Both the position numbers and the translations under genes were made by a program. Of a DNA stretch of 36,850 nucleotides, positions 1 through 11,685 are shown piece by piece (position 1 is the first letter of the stretch; each line of letters begins with the position of its first letter). Source of the DNA: Chiloscyllium plagiosum (lineage: Eukaryota); assembly GCF_004010195.1 (NCBI RefSeq), contig NC_057751.1, forward strand, positions 16,289,024 through 16,325,873, written 5' to 3'. Below the pieces are notes generated by a model. The model made no database searches. It was given only the letters and a program-made list of their open reading frames with translations, and was not told where the DNA came from.

Positions 1-450
1 AGGGTAAATAGACAAGGTCTTTTCCCTGGGGTGGGGGAGTCCAGAACTAGAGGGACATAGGTTTAGGGTGAGAGGGAAAAGATATAAAAGGGATCTACGG
101 GGCAACTTTTTCACACAGAGGGTGGTGCATGTGTGGAATGAGCTGCCAGAGGAAGTGGTGGAGGCTGGTACAATTGCAACATTGAAAAGGTATTTGGATG
201 GGTATCTGAATAGGAAGGGTTTGGAGGGATATGGACCGGGTGCTGGCAGGTGGGACTTGTCTGGGTTGGGATATCTGGTCGGTGTGGACGGGTTGGACCG
301 AAGGGTCTGTTTCCGTGCTGCACATCTCTATGACTATAACTCTAAGTACGTGAACAGGAAAGGTTTGGAGGGATATGTGCCGGGTGCTGGCAGGTAGGAC
401 TAGTTTAGTTTGGAATTATGGACTGGTTGGACCAAAGAGTCTGTTTCTAT
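1..450 (+). mobile_element. CR1/HER1-like LINE 3' end with a partly duplicated tail
   Basis: RGNFFTQRVVHVWNELPEEVVEAGTIATLKRYLD (CR1 ORF2 C-terminus) plus 3' UTR ending ctctatgact. Confidence 0.9.
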
Positions 451-633
451 TTCAACGGTTCTGCATCTATTGATACCCCATTGTGGAAGAGAGGGATTTC
501 AGGTGACGATCCTCTGGAAGTGATCGTGTTCGATGCGCTGCAGTGTCTGGGACAGCCCCTCCCACCGGGGAGTACTAACTAAGAACACATCAGGAGCTGG
601 TGTGTCGGCGCAGCGAGATCACCAGGCCCGTAC

Positions 634-761
634 CTCCTCTCTTCGCACGTCCAGCGACATCAGAGCCACAAACGCCGAGATCTGCAGGAGGAAATCGATG
701 AAGACAGCGAGTGCCGCGTAGAGTGCAAAGGTGCGGACAGCTGGCATCTTGGTGAGGGCAC
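634..761 (-). CDS. NPC1L1: NPC1L1 exon 8 equivalent (end of sterol-sensing domain)
   Basis: (G)[42 protein letters not shown]; cctcctgcag| and GAG|gtacgg; 128 bp, phase 1 to 0. The gene continues beyond the window start. Confidence 0.96.
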
Positions 762-951
762 CTGCAGGAGGGGATGACAGGCCTGTGTCAGTCCTACCCA
801 TGGTCAGTGTAGCCACACGCTTCCAACAATGGCTGCTGCAGTTGGGCTCATGTGCAGCAGAGGATCTCCCCCACACTCCCCTGGAAACGCTATTTGACGG
901 TGGGAGGTTGCACCGTTCCAAAACCAGCTTGAGACCAACTGACTCCCGGTT

Positions 952-1672
952 AGTGAGCGAAGAGGGTTACCTCAGAGTACAACGGGATCTGGATCAGATT
1001 TGGCCAGTGGGCCGAGGAGTGACAGATGGAGTTTAATTCAGATAAATGCGAGATGCTGCATTTTGGGAAAGCAAATCTTAGCAGGACTTATACGCTTAAT
1101 GGTAAGGTCCTAGGGAGTGTTGCTGAACAAAGAGACCTTGGAGTGCAGGTTCATAGCTCCTTGAAAGTGGAGTCGCAGGTAGATAGGATAGTGAAGAAGA
1201 CGTTTGGTATGCTTNNNNNNNNNNNNNNNNNNNNNNNNNNNNNNNNNNNNNNNNNNNNNNNNNNNNNNNNNNNNNNNNNNNNNNNNNNNNNNNNNNNNNN
1301 NNNNNNNNNNNNNNNNNNNNNNNNNNNNNNNNNNNNNNNNNNNNNNNNNNNNNNNNNNNNNNNNNNNNNNNNNNNNNNNNNNNNNNNNNNNNNNNNNNNN
1401 NNNNNNNNNNNNNNNNNNNNNNNNNNNNNNNNNNNNNNNNNNNNNNNNNNACAGAGGGTGGTACGTGTATGGAATGAGCTGCCAGAGGAAGTGGTGGAGG
1501 CTGGTACAAGTGCAACATTTAAAAGGCATTTGGATGGGTATATGAATAGGAAGGGTTTGGAGGGATATGGGCCGGGTGCTGGCAGGTGGGACTAGATTGG
1601 GTTGGGATATCTGGGTCGGCATGGACGGGTTGGACCGAAGGGTCTGTTTCCGTGCTGTATATCTCCATGACT
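952..1672 (+). mobile_element. CR1/HER1-like LINE 3' portion (spans a gap)
   Basis: MEFNSDKCEMLHFGK...QRDLGVQVHSSLKV...QRVVRVWNELPEEVVEAG. Confidence 0.9.
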
Positions 1673-1976
1673 GGGGGATCTGAGAACATAGTGGTGTGAG
1701 GCAAGCCCAGAGTTAAGGGAGGAAGCTTAGCTTATGGTGATCGACAGAGTACCTCATTGCTGAAGGAGCTAAATTCGAGGGTAGGCCTGAATGACCAAGC
1801 ATCTCCCATGCAATATGGTAAAAACTATGGCCCAACCCATCCCCTCAGGAACACAAGCAGAAATGATAAGGATCTCTGTGCACGAGGCGTCCATTTTCCA
1901 TTGGAGATAAATCGAGGAGAGTCTCACCACCGACGGTGTCTCTCCACCGATTAAAGATCAATGCGGTATTTCTTAC

Positions 1977-2091
1977 CGAGAAAGAAGCAGATCGATTCGG
2001 AGATGCTGCAGAGGAGCATGCTGGGAGCCACGTCTCCTAGCACCCGGCCAATCTGCTCCTCCCTCCCTTCTCCCACTCGCCTCTCGTCCCT
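1977..2091 (-). CDS. NPC1L1: NPC1L1 exon 7 equivalent
   Basis: [38 protein letters not shown](G); catcaacag| and G|gtaaga; 115 bp, phase 0 to 1. Confidence 0.96.
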
Positions 2092-2404
2092 CTGTTGATG
2101 GAAAGGACAGTGTGAATGTTCTGGAAGGTTCTGCTCGCTGCAGGGTGCCCCGGTCACGAGTTGGCCAAAACCCTTCCGTTTCCCCCTCCTCACCACCGAC
2201 CTGACTGACATTCCGGAACTTTCTGCCCAACCCTCACCTGTCGAAATTCAGTTGTAGGTTCAGTGAGATTCTTAATCCCCTTCCCTTCCCTTCCCCTACT
2301 ACAGTCTGCAGGGTCCAGTCAAGTCACCATGTCCCCGACCCTGTTCCTCGGGGAATCGTCGCCCGCATTGCTTTGGAGCCCCGATCTTCCCTCCTCCCGC
2401 TGAC

Positions 2405-2587
2405 CTGGTACTGGAGGACGAGGATGAAGAGGTTGTCAGCTCCGACAGCGAGGACGAGGAAGGGGACCACTTCGAGGATGATGAGCGAGGACGGCACGCC
2501 GATGTAGGCGTAGAAACCCATTGAGGCGAAGACGGCGCCCAAGACCACGAGGATTCCTCCCAGGCCCAGCGTGACCTTCGAATCGAC
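2405..2587 (-). CDS. NPC1L1: NPC1L1 exon 6 equivalent (sterol-sensing domain)
   Basis: [61 protein letters not shown]; ctgcag| and CAG|gtcagc; 183 bp. Confidence 0.96.
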
Positions 2588-3279
2588 CTGCAGTTGTGGC
2601 AGGAGGAAAAACCCGGAAACACCCGCAAGTGACCATCTTTCTCTTTTTTTTGTCTGTGCAGAGTTTTGGCCAGCAGTGAAGTCAGGCCTGGCCAGACATG
2701 GTAGGCCTCTTTGTAAATTAGCGGCGAAATAAGGCATAAAATGGCTGCCGGGTGACTCATGCATTTGTGGGGCAAGGGCGGGGGAGAATGGAGTGTTATT
2801 TATTGTGTTTATTTCCTGTTCGTCCTTAATTGCCTCTTGAGGACGTTAATGGTGCGCTGTCTTCCTGGAGGCAGTTAAAGAGTCAGCCTGCAGGTCTGAC
2901 ATCACATGTAGGCCGGACCAAGTAAAGACAACTGATTTGTTTCCAGAAAGGGACATAGTCAACCAAATGGACCTGAAACATCGATTCAGCGCTTTACAGC
3001 GATTTTAATCCCAGATTTCTTTAATGAACTGAGTTCAATGCGTAAACGACCATGAGAGGATTTGAGGTCAGACTAGGCCTCAAAGTTCCCATTCCAGTAC
3101 CATGACTGTTTGACCACATTCCCTCTCAAAACAAAAGGGTATGGGAAGCCGTGTGCGGCAATTAATGGCTGTTCTCTGCCTCTGAATGACAAATACTGAT
3201 TCTGAAACAGTTTTCGAACCTGTGTTAATTTTAATCCTGCAGTACAGATGTGGTGCTTTCATTTGTTTACCTAAAGCGA

Positions 3280-3830
3280 GAGTCATAGAGATGTTCAGCA
3301 CAGATACAGACCCTTCGGCCCAACTTGTCCTTGCCCACCCAGATATCCTCACCCAATCTAGTCCCACCTGCCAGCACCCGGCCCATATCCCTCTCAACCC
3401 TTCCTGTTCATGACCCCAGGGAAAAGACTTTGTCTATTTACCCTATCCATGCCCCCTCATGATTTTATAAACCTCTATAAGGTCACCCCTCAGCCTCCGA
3501 CGCTCTAGGGAAAAACAGCCTCAGCCTATTCCGTCTCTCCCTACAGCTTAAATCCCTGCAACCCTGGAAACACCCTTGTAAAATCATTTCTGCACCCTTT
3601 CAAGTTTCACAGCACCCTTCCGATAACAGGAAGACCAGAATTGCACGCAATATTCCAAACGTGGCCTAGCTGATGTCCTGTACGGCTGCAACATGACACC
3701 CAACTTTGACTAGATCCCTGCACCAATTAGAATCATACAGCACCCAAACAGGCCCTTCAGCCCAACGTGTCCATGCCGACCAGATTTCCCGAACTGAGCT
3801 AGTCCCATTTGCCTGCCTTTGGCCCCAATC
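3280..3830 (-). mobile_element. CR1/HER1-like LINE 3' fragments
   Basis: Reverse-complement 3' UTR (gacccttcggcccaac) and ORF2 C-terminal remnants. Confidence 0.85.
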
Positions 3831-4196
3831 CCACCATATTTCCTGTTTTCCGCACCCAATGGCCACACTCAGACAGTATTTCCTGGAAGTTTATGACCAA
3901 TCGGCTTTCGAGGGAGCTTTTGAGATGATGCAGCGTTCGAAATCATGAGAAACGGGGACAGAGCAGAGAGTGGGAAATCTGCTCCCACCGATGGAAGGGC
4001 CAAAAGCTGAAGGATGTCAATTTAAGATGATTGGTCGAAGGGAAAGTGGGGACGAGGAGGGAGGAGAAAGCAGTTATGGGACCGGAGGGAAAATGGTGGA
4101 AGAGTTGAGTGGGGACGCGGAGGGGTTTAGCTGTGTTGCTCTTGCACAGGGCCAGCACAGATGCAATGGGCCGAACGGTGCTATGTGACGATTTAG

Positions 4197-4850
4197 GGCG
4201 GCACTGTTGCCTCATGGTGCCAGGGTCCTGCGTTCGATTCCAGACTCGGGTGACTGTCTGTGTGGAGTTTGTACATTCTCCACACCTCCGACCCCCCCCC
4301 CCCCAGTGTCTGTGCGTGGGTTTCCTCCGGGTGCTCTGGTTTCCTCCCACAATCCAAAGATGTGCAGGTTAGGGTGGATTTGCCATGCTAAATTACCCAG
4401 AGTGCCCAAGGATGTGCAGGTTAGGGTGGATTGGCCGTGCTAAAATACCCATAGTGCCCAGGGATGTACAGGTTAGGGTGGATTGGCCATGCTAAATTGT
4501 CTCAGTGTTGAGGGATGTGCAGGTTAGGGTGGATTGGCCATGCTAAATTACCCATAGTGTTCAGGGATGTGCAGGTTAGGGTGGATCGGCCATGCTAAAT
4601 TACCCATAGTGTTCAGGGATGTGCAGGTTAGGGTGGATTTGCCATGCTAAATTACCCATAGTGCCCAGGGATGTGCAGGTTAGGGTGGATTGGCCATGCT
4701 AAATTACCCCTAGTGCCCAGGGATGTGCTGGTTAGATGCATTAGTCAGGGGTAAATGTAGAGTAGTAGTAGAATGGATCTGGGTGGGATACTTTTCAGAG
4801 GGTCGGTGTGGACGTGTTGGGCTGAATCCCCACACTAAGGATCCTATGAT
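4197..4850 (+). mobile_element. HE1-like tRNA-derived SINE with about 7 internal 52-bp tandem units
   Basis: B box gttcgattcc; unit gatgtgcaggttagggtggattggccatgctaaattacccatagtgttcagg starting at 4359, 4411, 4463 ... 4722; LINE-like tail. Confidence 0.85.
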
Positions 4851-5147
4851 TCCACGACACTCTCTTGCTCTGTGGAGACTTCAGTTCCCTCCCCTGCCTC
4901 CCCTGAGACAGTTTGTGCGCATGGATGTCCACTCCCTGGAAACAGGCCATGACGGGACGGTGACTGGGGTCCTTCTGAAGAGGGGGCAGGGACTGAAGCG
5001 GCCATGGATTAGCGCCATGATTTGGGATGACCGTGAAGCGAGCCACAGCGGCTCCCGTTACCCCCCCACCCCCACGCACTGGGGCCCCGGGCGTTCAGGG
5101 TCAGAGGCTTTACAGGCCTGAGGTAGGCCTTGGACGATGCTACTCAC

Positions 5148-5276
5148 CATGACGGTTCGCCAGCTCGTGTACTCCCCTAGCGCCAAAGCGATGTAGATAA
5201 ATATTACCAGGTAACTGATGGCGAAGATGGGAATATCTTCCGCCGTGGTTCTGTTGATCTCATCCTCCAGGGACCG
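5148..5276 (-). CDS. NPC1L1: NPC1L1 exon 5 equivalent (start of sterol-sensing domain)
   Basis: RSLEDEINRTTAEDIPIFAISYLVIFIYIALALGEYTSWRTVM; tgttcccag| and ATG|gtgagt; 129 bp. Confidence 0.96.
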
Positions 5277-5530
5277 CTGGGAACACATTGGGGGAAAGAA
5301 AGAGTCTTTCACAGAGGCCTGTCACCTTGAGGGCCCGGCTGAGGTGTGAGGTGAAACACGTGACTCAGCAGTCCCTCTGTCCTGTGCCACCGTTCAATAA
5401 AACCACGTCTGATTGGATTGTGGCCTCAACCCCACATTCCTGCTACCCCAGTGTTACCCATCAGTTCCCTGGTCAGTGGAGAGTCTAGCTCCCTCAGCCT
5501 GAAACGTTAGGCCTCAGCCTAAGAGGGTCA

Positions 5531-6045
5531 GGCACGGTGGCTCAGTGGTTAGCATTGCTGCCTCACGGTGCCAGGGATTCGTGTTCAATTCCAGCCTCGG
5601 TCGACTGTCTGTCTGTGGGCAATTTGCACCTCCGGGTGCTCCGGTTTCCTCCCACAATCCAAAGATGTGCAGGTTTAGGATGCTAAATTACCCATAGTGC
5701 TCAGGGATGTGCAGGTTAGGGTGGATTGGCTGTGCTAAATTACCCATAGTGCTTAGGGATGTGCAGGTTAGGGTGGAGTGGCCGTGCTAAACTACCCATA
5801 GTGCTTAGGGATGTGCAGGTTAGGGTGGATTGGCTGTGCTAAACTACCCACAGTGCTCAGGGATGTGCAGGTTAGGGTGGATTGGCCATGCCAAATTACC
5901 CATAGTGTCTGGGGATGTGCAGGCTAGGTGGACTAGCCACGGGAAATATAGGTATACGGGGATAAGGTAGTGACTTGTATCTAACAAAGGGTCGGTGTGG
6001 AACTGATGGGCCGAATGGCCTGCTTCCACACTGTAGGGGTTTGAT
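5531..6045 (+). mobile_element. HE1-like SINE with about 5 internal 52-bp units
   Basis: A box tggctcagtgg, B box gttcaattcc, tandem units, tail gggccgaatggcctgcttccacactgtagg. Confidence 0.9.
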
Positions 6046-6594
6046 GGTGCAGTAGAGACCTTTGGCATCTTGTAGGCCTCAATAGGATCAACTGTTCAAC
6101 AGGATCCTTACTTAAATGGAGAGGCCGAAAACGATGTACAGTAGTCCAGATGTGATCTCACCAATGCAGTGTTACCAATAACTGAAAATATCGATTAAGT
6201 GCCCTTCCCAAGCTTTTTTATTGTTGCTGGTCGACGTGAGGGATAACCATGAGAAAGCTGAAACCGCAGTTAGAAGTTATAGGGTCGGTAATTGTCATAG
6301 AGAAATCCTGTTTAGCTGCACCTCTCTCACTCTCACACTGTGGTCTCTCTCTCTCTCTCTCCCTCAACAATTTTCAAGCCCCAGCGACCGCCCTCCCCCT
6401 CAGAAGCAGAAGGACGGGCCTTGGCGGGGTGAGGGGGGGGGGGGGGGAATTCATTGGCGAAGGGCGTTGTTAAAACCCTTTCCGTCTGGCGCCATGCCAA
6501 GGGAAGGGTGGGCGGCTGGGTTAGCGACCCCCCTCCTGTGGTGATGGCCAACATTACTGACCCTCCCGGCCGGCATTCCCGCCCAGACACCTAC

Positions 6595-6767
6595 CTCAGA
6601 CATATAGGCAAAGCTGAAGTTGATGGACTTGTTGTTTTTATAGTCCTGGAGAATCTTTAAATACTCCCGCTCCCAAAGCACCACGTATTCATACTTGGGA
6701 TCGTCGGGCTGGTAGTTGTTCAGAGAGAACGTCACAATGAAGGCCTCTGCCCTGCTGTAGTCTTCGT
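6595..6767 (-). CDS. NPC1L1: NPC1L1 exon 4 equivalent
   Basis: DEDYSRAEAFIVTFSLNNYQPDDPKYEYVVLWEREYLKILQDYKNNKSINFSFAYMSE; ctttaacag| and GAG|gtaggt; 173 bp, phase 1 to 0. Confidence 0.96.
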
Positions 6768-6989
6768 CTGTTAAAGACAGAGCCGAGGTCAAAGGGAACA
6801 GCAAACTGCCAAATCCTCCCCCACCCACTCCCCCCTGTCCTGTGAGTCGTTCCTAATTGCGTGAGAAGTGGCGATCACTGGTTGGAAAGGGGCGCCAGCT
6901 ATGCCCATCCCTAATTACCCACAATCGTCTTGACTCTTTACCGTTCCCAGGCCAATTAAGATCCAACCAGGCTGCTGTGGATCCGGACT

Positions 6990-7450
6990 CAAGTTGAAAG
7001 TGAGAGGGGAAAGTGTAAAAGGGACCTGAGAGGCAATTTTTTCACGCAGAGGGTGGTACGTGTATGGAATGAGCTGCCAGAGGATGTGGTGGAGGCTGGT
7101 ACAATGGCAGTATTTAAGAGGCATTTGGATGGGTATATGAATAGGAAGGGTTTGGAGGGATATGGGCCGGGTGCTGGCAGGTGGGACTAGATCGGGTTGG
7201 GATATCTGGTCGGCATGGACGGGTTGGACCGAAGGGTCTGTTTCCGCGCTGTACATCTCTATGACACTAAATGGGACTGGATTGGGTTGGGATATCTGAG
7301 TCAGCATGGACGGGTTGGACCGAAGGGTCTGTTTCCGCGCTGTACATCTCTATGACTCTAAATGGGACTGGATTGTGTTGGGATATCTGGGTCAGCATGG
7401 ACGGGTTGGACCGAAGGGTCTGTTTCCGCGCTGTAAATGACTCTATGATC
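6990..7450 (+). mobile_element. CR1/HER1-like LINE 3' end with a triplicated tail of about 90 bp
   Basis: ORF2 C-terminus, then tgggact...ggaccgaagggtctgtttccgcgctgta three times (about 7181, 7272, 7362). Confidence 0.9.
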
Positions 7451-7790
7451 TCTCGACATGCGTGTAGACCAGATCAGGTGAAGACAGAAGATTTTCTTTC
7501 ACTGAAGGGAGATCAGTGAAAGTGACAGGGCCTTTCTTCAGTAACAGGTGAGCCAGCTCGCTTGAACTGACACGTTACCCCACTCCCAGCCCAGGGATCA
7601 CCAGCCCAGTCGAGTTATCACTGCGTCCCCCCTCAGAGCTGAGTGAAAATATTTCTCGAAAGAATCTCAAAACCAAGCGAACTGCACCTTGACCCGGATT
7701 CGCCAAAACCCATCCCTTCGGGCACAAGGACGGCGTTCCTCAGGGAAATGAGGAATGTGGCTCGAACCTCCTCACCCTGAACTCGCTCAC

Positions 7791-7891
7791 CCTGATATCC
7801 GCCCACGGCCAAAAATGGAAAAACCGGTGCGCCATAGTCCGCCATGCAGCTCATTCCCAATTCCGTGCTGTCCTTGAAAGAGAGAGGTGAG
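7791..7891 (-). CDS. NPC1L1: NPC1L1 exon 3 equivalent
   Basis: (N)SPLSFKDSTELGMSCMADYGAPVFPFLAVGGYQ; tctctccag| and G|gtgagc; 101 bp, phase 2 to 1. Confidence 0.96.
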
Positions 7892-8361
7892 CTGGAGAGA
7901 CAGAACGAGAGAGAGAGAGAGAGAGATGGCGATCTCGTTCAGGGTCATGTGGAAGCAGTCCTGACGGGAGAACAGTTACAGGAAGCAGCTACTCGACAAC
8001 GGGAGGCTTTCAAAGACGACTCGCAATGGGATGCGGGGGGTGGGGGGACAGGCGGCGCAATTTCCCAGTTTATGGAGTTTCGGAAAAGGACAGTGACCAG
8101 TTTGGCGGAGATGGGCAGAGAGGTGGCGGATGAGGTTCGGTGCAGAGAGAACTGGGAGGTGGTCAAAATCAAAAGGGGGGGGAGCAATTCTGCAGGAAGA
8201 GAAGGAGCTGAGGGGGGGTATGTGCATGGATTGCCGAAGGTAGCAGGACTAAGGGGGAGAGCACAGTTAACAAAGTGCCTAACGTCCTTGTCTTTATTAG
8301 TAGGGGTGGAGAGTACAAGAGGTGATGGTTACCTCAGACAAGCCACTTGTTCGACCCCCCC

Positions 8362-8716
8362 GGGGTATTGTGTGTGCCACATTATGGGAATGATGTGAAA
8401 ATGTTGGAGAGAGAGAGAGAGCGCAGAAGGGATTTACAACAACGGGGACGGGAAACATCAGCGATGAGGAGAGAGATGGAAGACGTTGGGAGCGTCCTCC
8501 TCCCGATAGAGGATTTCAGAATCAGGAGTGGGGGCTGGACAGGGTAGAGAGAGAGAGAAGCTGTCCCTGTTTGTGAAAGGAACAAGAACGAGGGGGGGGG
8601 GTGGGGGCAGACATTTGAAGGGACGTTCAAATGAAGCAAGGGGGACGTGAGAGAGAACCCCCTCACCCAGCGCGTGGTTAGGGTGTGGGAATGCACTGCC
8701 TGGAAACCTGGGGGAG
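8362..8716 (+). repeat. Decayed CR1-like fragment; near-identical inverted copy of 29434-29801
   Basis: Direct comparison; the ORF track gives identical peptides at 8382..8696(-) and 29454..29693(+). Confidence 0.9.
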
Positions 8717-9173
8717 CGGGGAGGGAAAGATCGACAGGGAGAGAACGGTGGCTCGGTGGTTAGCACCGCTGCNNNNNNNNNNNNNNNNNNNNNNNNNNNN
8801 NNNNNNNNNNNNNNNNNNNNNNNNNNNNNNNNNNNNNNNNNNNNNNNNNNNNNNNNNNNNNNNNNNNNNNNNNNNNNNNNNNNNNNNNNNNNNNNNNNNN
8901 NNNNNNNNNNNNNNNNNNNNNNNNNNNNNNNNNNNNNNNNNNNNNNNNNNNNNNNNNNNNNNNNNNNNNNNNNNNNNNNNNNNNNNNNNNNNNNNNNNNN
9001 NNNNNNNNNNNNNNNNNNNNNNNNNNNNNNNNNNNNNNNNNNNNNNNNNNNNNNNNNNNNNNNNNNGGGGGTGAAGAGGGGGGAGGGAGAGGGGAAATGA
9101 GGTGGCGGGGGGAGGGGTTGGGAGGGAGAAGTGGAAGGGGTTGGGGTGGCGGGGTGGGGGGAAGGATACCTAC

Positions 9174-10741
9174 TTGACGCAGTAGAGGAAGTGATCCCTC
9201 CAGTCCACGGTGCCGGTGACCCCTGCCATGGTTTGGTTGGCGACAGCGTCGATAAGGCTCCTGTTGTTCTGGAAGTACTGGAGCAGGCTGTTGACCGCAC
9301 AGTCGGTAGGCCCGGGGTTATTGGGCTGGAGCGGGGCGTAGCAAATGTCCTTCAGCGTGATGTTCCTCTGCGCTGTCTCTGACCACACACTGATGGCCTG
9401 CAACCGGCTCTGGAGATCCAGCAGCTGGAGCAGCAGCTCCTTGGAGAACAGGCCGCTGAAGGCCGTGGGCCCGAAGAACACCGAGTCGTAGGTGTACCCC
9501 GGTGGGCCTTCCCCCGTCGCCGTGGCGATGATCTGGTTGGTGCGGAAGAAGGGCCCGAACTGGGCGTCGTGGAAAGCTTTCTCGCGGCGGGCCCTGCTGT
9601 CCGGGGCAGACCACAGTTCCACTGGGTCAGTGGTCAGCTCGACAAAGACTAGGCCGCAGGACAGCACGCCAACGATGACGCAGGCGGTGACCAGGACAGG
9701 CAGTGGGTGCCGTGCCACTGCCGTTCCCCAGCTCTGGAAAACCCAGCTCAGTCTCTGCTGTGTGGCGGAGGTGGAGGATGAGGAGATGGGAGCTGAGGGA
9801 GCCGCAGGGGCCTTGCTCCCCTCCTTGCGGGCGTCTGGGCGCTGCCTGAAGAGGAGGAGGAGGCCGGCGAAGAGGAGGATGGCCCCGCCGAACAGGGCCA
9901 GGCCCAGCGCCAAGGGCCCGTCCATCTGGCCAATCGCCCAAGGGCCGGGGGGCGCCGGGGGAAAGGGCAGCGCCGGGCAGGAGGCCACGCAGTCCTGGCA
10001 GGAGCATGCCTGCCCCCCGGGGCTCGAGGGCCGGTCACAGCGATGGAAGCTGCCGTCGTAAGGCACGATGCCCCCTCCCGGGCCCGGGCCCGGCTCCGAG
10101 CCATTGTTCTTTGGCGGGACCAGCACGAACTTGATGTCGAGCGGCGCCAGGCCGTTGGAGCTGTCCCCTTGGAAACGCAGCCAGCGTTCGGCGTTACACA
10201 GGGTGGAGCCGTACTTGCCGCACATGGCGGAGATGGCGTAGCCGCCGGTGGAGGGGATGCGGACGTCGCGGCAAGAGTCGTAGCTGCCCTCGGCAAAGCG
10301 GCGGCTGTAGTAGCACTGGTACTCCAGCACGGCGTCGAGTAGCTGACCGGAGACGTTGGCGATGAAGGCCCGGGTCACGTTGATGTGGACGCTCTGGTTG
10401 GGGCTGCAGGTGTTCTGGCAGTACAGGTTGACAAAGTTGTCCACACAGGACGGGCAGCGGCTCAGCAGCGGCTTGGACATGGCCAGGCTCCTGTCCAGCA
10501 TCTCCAGCTGCTTGGCCGAGCAGCAGGCCCGAGGCTCCGCCCCAGCGCCCTCCGCCCCCACCAGCATCGGGCACACCCGCTGCAGCAGCTCCAGGTGCCT
10601 GCCCGGCGTCACCCGCTTGGCCGGCCCGTTGTACAGGCACGGCACCCGGGCCTGAATCAAGCTGCCGGTCACCTCCGGGTTCTTCCCACAGTCTTCGTAG
10701 AAAGCGCAGAAACCTTCCTGGTGGACGGGGGTGTAGGTCGC
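9174..10741 (-). CDS. NPC1L1: NPC1L1 large exon (human exon 2 equivalent): N-terminal cholesterol-binding domain, TM1-2, start of middle luminal domain
   Basis: ATYTPVHQEGFCAFYEDCGKNP...CSCQDCVASCP...ELTTDPVELWSAPDSRARREKAFHDAQFGPFFRTNQ...DWRDHFLYCV. Acceptor ttcctttctcttccag| at 10742, donor AA|gtaggt at 9173; 1568 bp, phase 0 to 2. One large exon over this span is typical of NPC1L1, whereas NPC1 splits it into many exons. Confidence 0.97.
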
Positions 10742-10951
10742 CTGGAAGAGAAAGGAAACCGTTTCTGGAGCCAAATGGAGGCAGTCGCCATGGAGACAGT
10801 CTCGTGGGGAGGCCACTCGGTTGGCTGCTCTGAGGCCACACCGTCTTGCCAGCTTCTGTACCCTCCTGGACTTCTCAGACGCCAAAGCAGCCCATGTCCA
10901 AGGGCAGCTAGATCTTGGACAGCATCCCAGTCTGGACTTGCCAAGAACTTT

Positions 10952-11685
10952 CACGCTGCTAAGTGCCAGGTAATGGACGCCCTCAGCAAAAGAATCTGAC
11001 CATCAACCCCTTGACGTTCGATCGCATTACCATCACTGTATCCCCCCCCTCCAATGTCAACATCCTGGGGGTTACTGTCTCCAACAAGAGAGAATCTAAC
11101 CATCACCCCCTTGACGTACAAAGGTGTTACCATCACTGAATTCCCCCCCCCCCCACTATCAATATCCTAGGGGGTTACCGTCTCTAACAAGAGAGAATCT
11201 AACCATCGCCCCTTGACGTTCAATGGTGTTACCATCACTGAATTCCGCCCCCCCCACTATCAATATCCTAGGGGGTTACAGTCTCCAATAAGAGAGAATC
11301 TAACCATCGCCCCCTTGACGTTCAATGGCATTACCATCACTGAATTTCCCACACACAACTATCAACATCCTGGGGGTTACCATTGACCAGAAACTGAACT
11401 GGACCAGCCCCATATAAACACAGCGGCTACAAGAGCAGGTCAGAGGCTGGGAATCCTGCAGTGAGTAACTCCCCTCCTGACTCCCCCCAAAGCTTGTCCC
11501 CACCATCGACAAGGCCCAAGTCAGGAGGGTGTGAGGGAATACTCCCCACTTGCCCTGGATGGTGGTGGGGGGTGGGGGGGGGTAGCTCCAACAACACTCG
11601 AGAAGCTCGACACCATCCAGGGACAAAGCAGCCCCCGCTCGATTGATCCCACCCCCACAAACCCCCAGTCCCTCCACCACCTCTT
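10952..11685 (+). mobile_element. L2/CR1-group LINE fragment with 4 tandem copies of an internal segment of about 95 bp
   Basis: INILGVTIDQKLNWT (post-RT LINE motif) at about 11360-11405, preceded by the repeated aagagagaatctaaccatc...ccttgacgttcaatgg unit. Confidence 0.75.

Noticed and set aside
5533..5600. tRNA gene (also 31230-31295 and 8745-8772)
   Set aside because: A and B boxes are present, but the sequence runs into a SINE body and no complete cloverleaf is evident.
9174..10741. NPC1 rather than NPC1L1
   Set aside because: The single 1.57-kb exon and motifs such as CAFYEDCGKNP and NGLAPL fit NPC1L1.
10742..10954. N-terminal extension of the 594-aa ORF as the NPC1L1 start
   Set aside because: Non-ATG start, no hydrophobic signal peptide, and a strong acceptor at 10742 marks the exon start.
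9492..10999. Antisense and alternate-frame ORFs over the large exon
   Set aside because: Shadow ORFs caused by very high GC at third codon positions.
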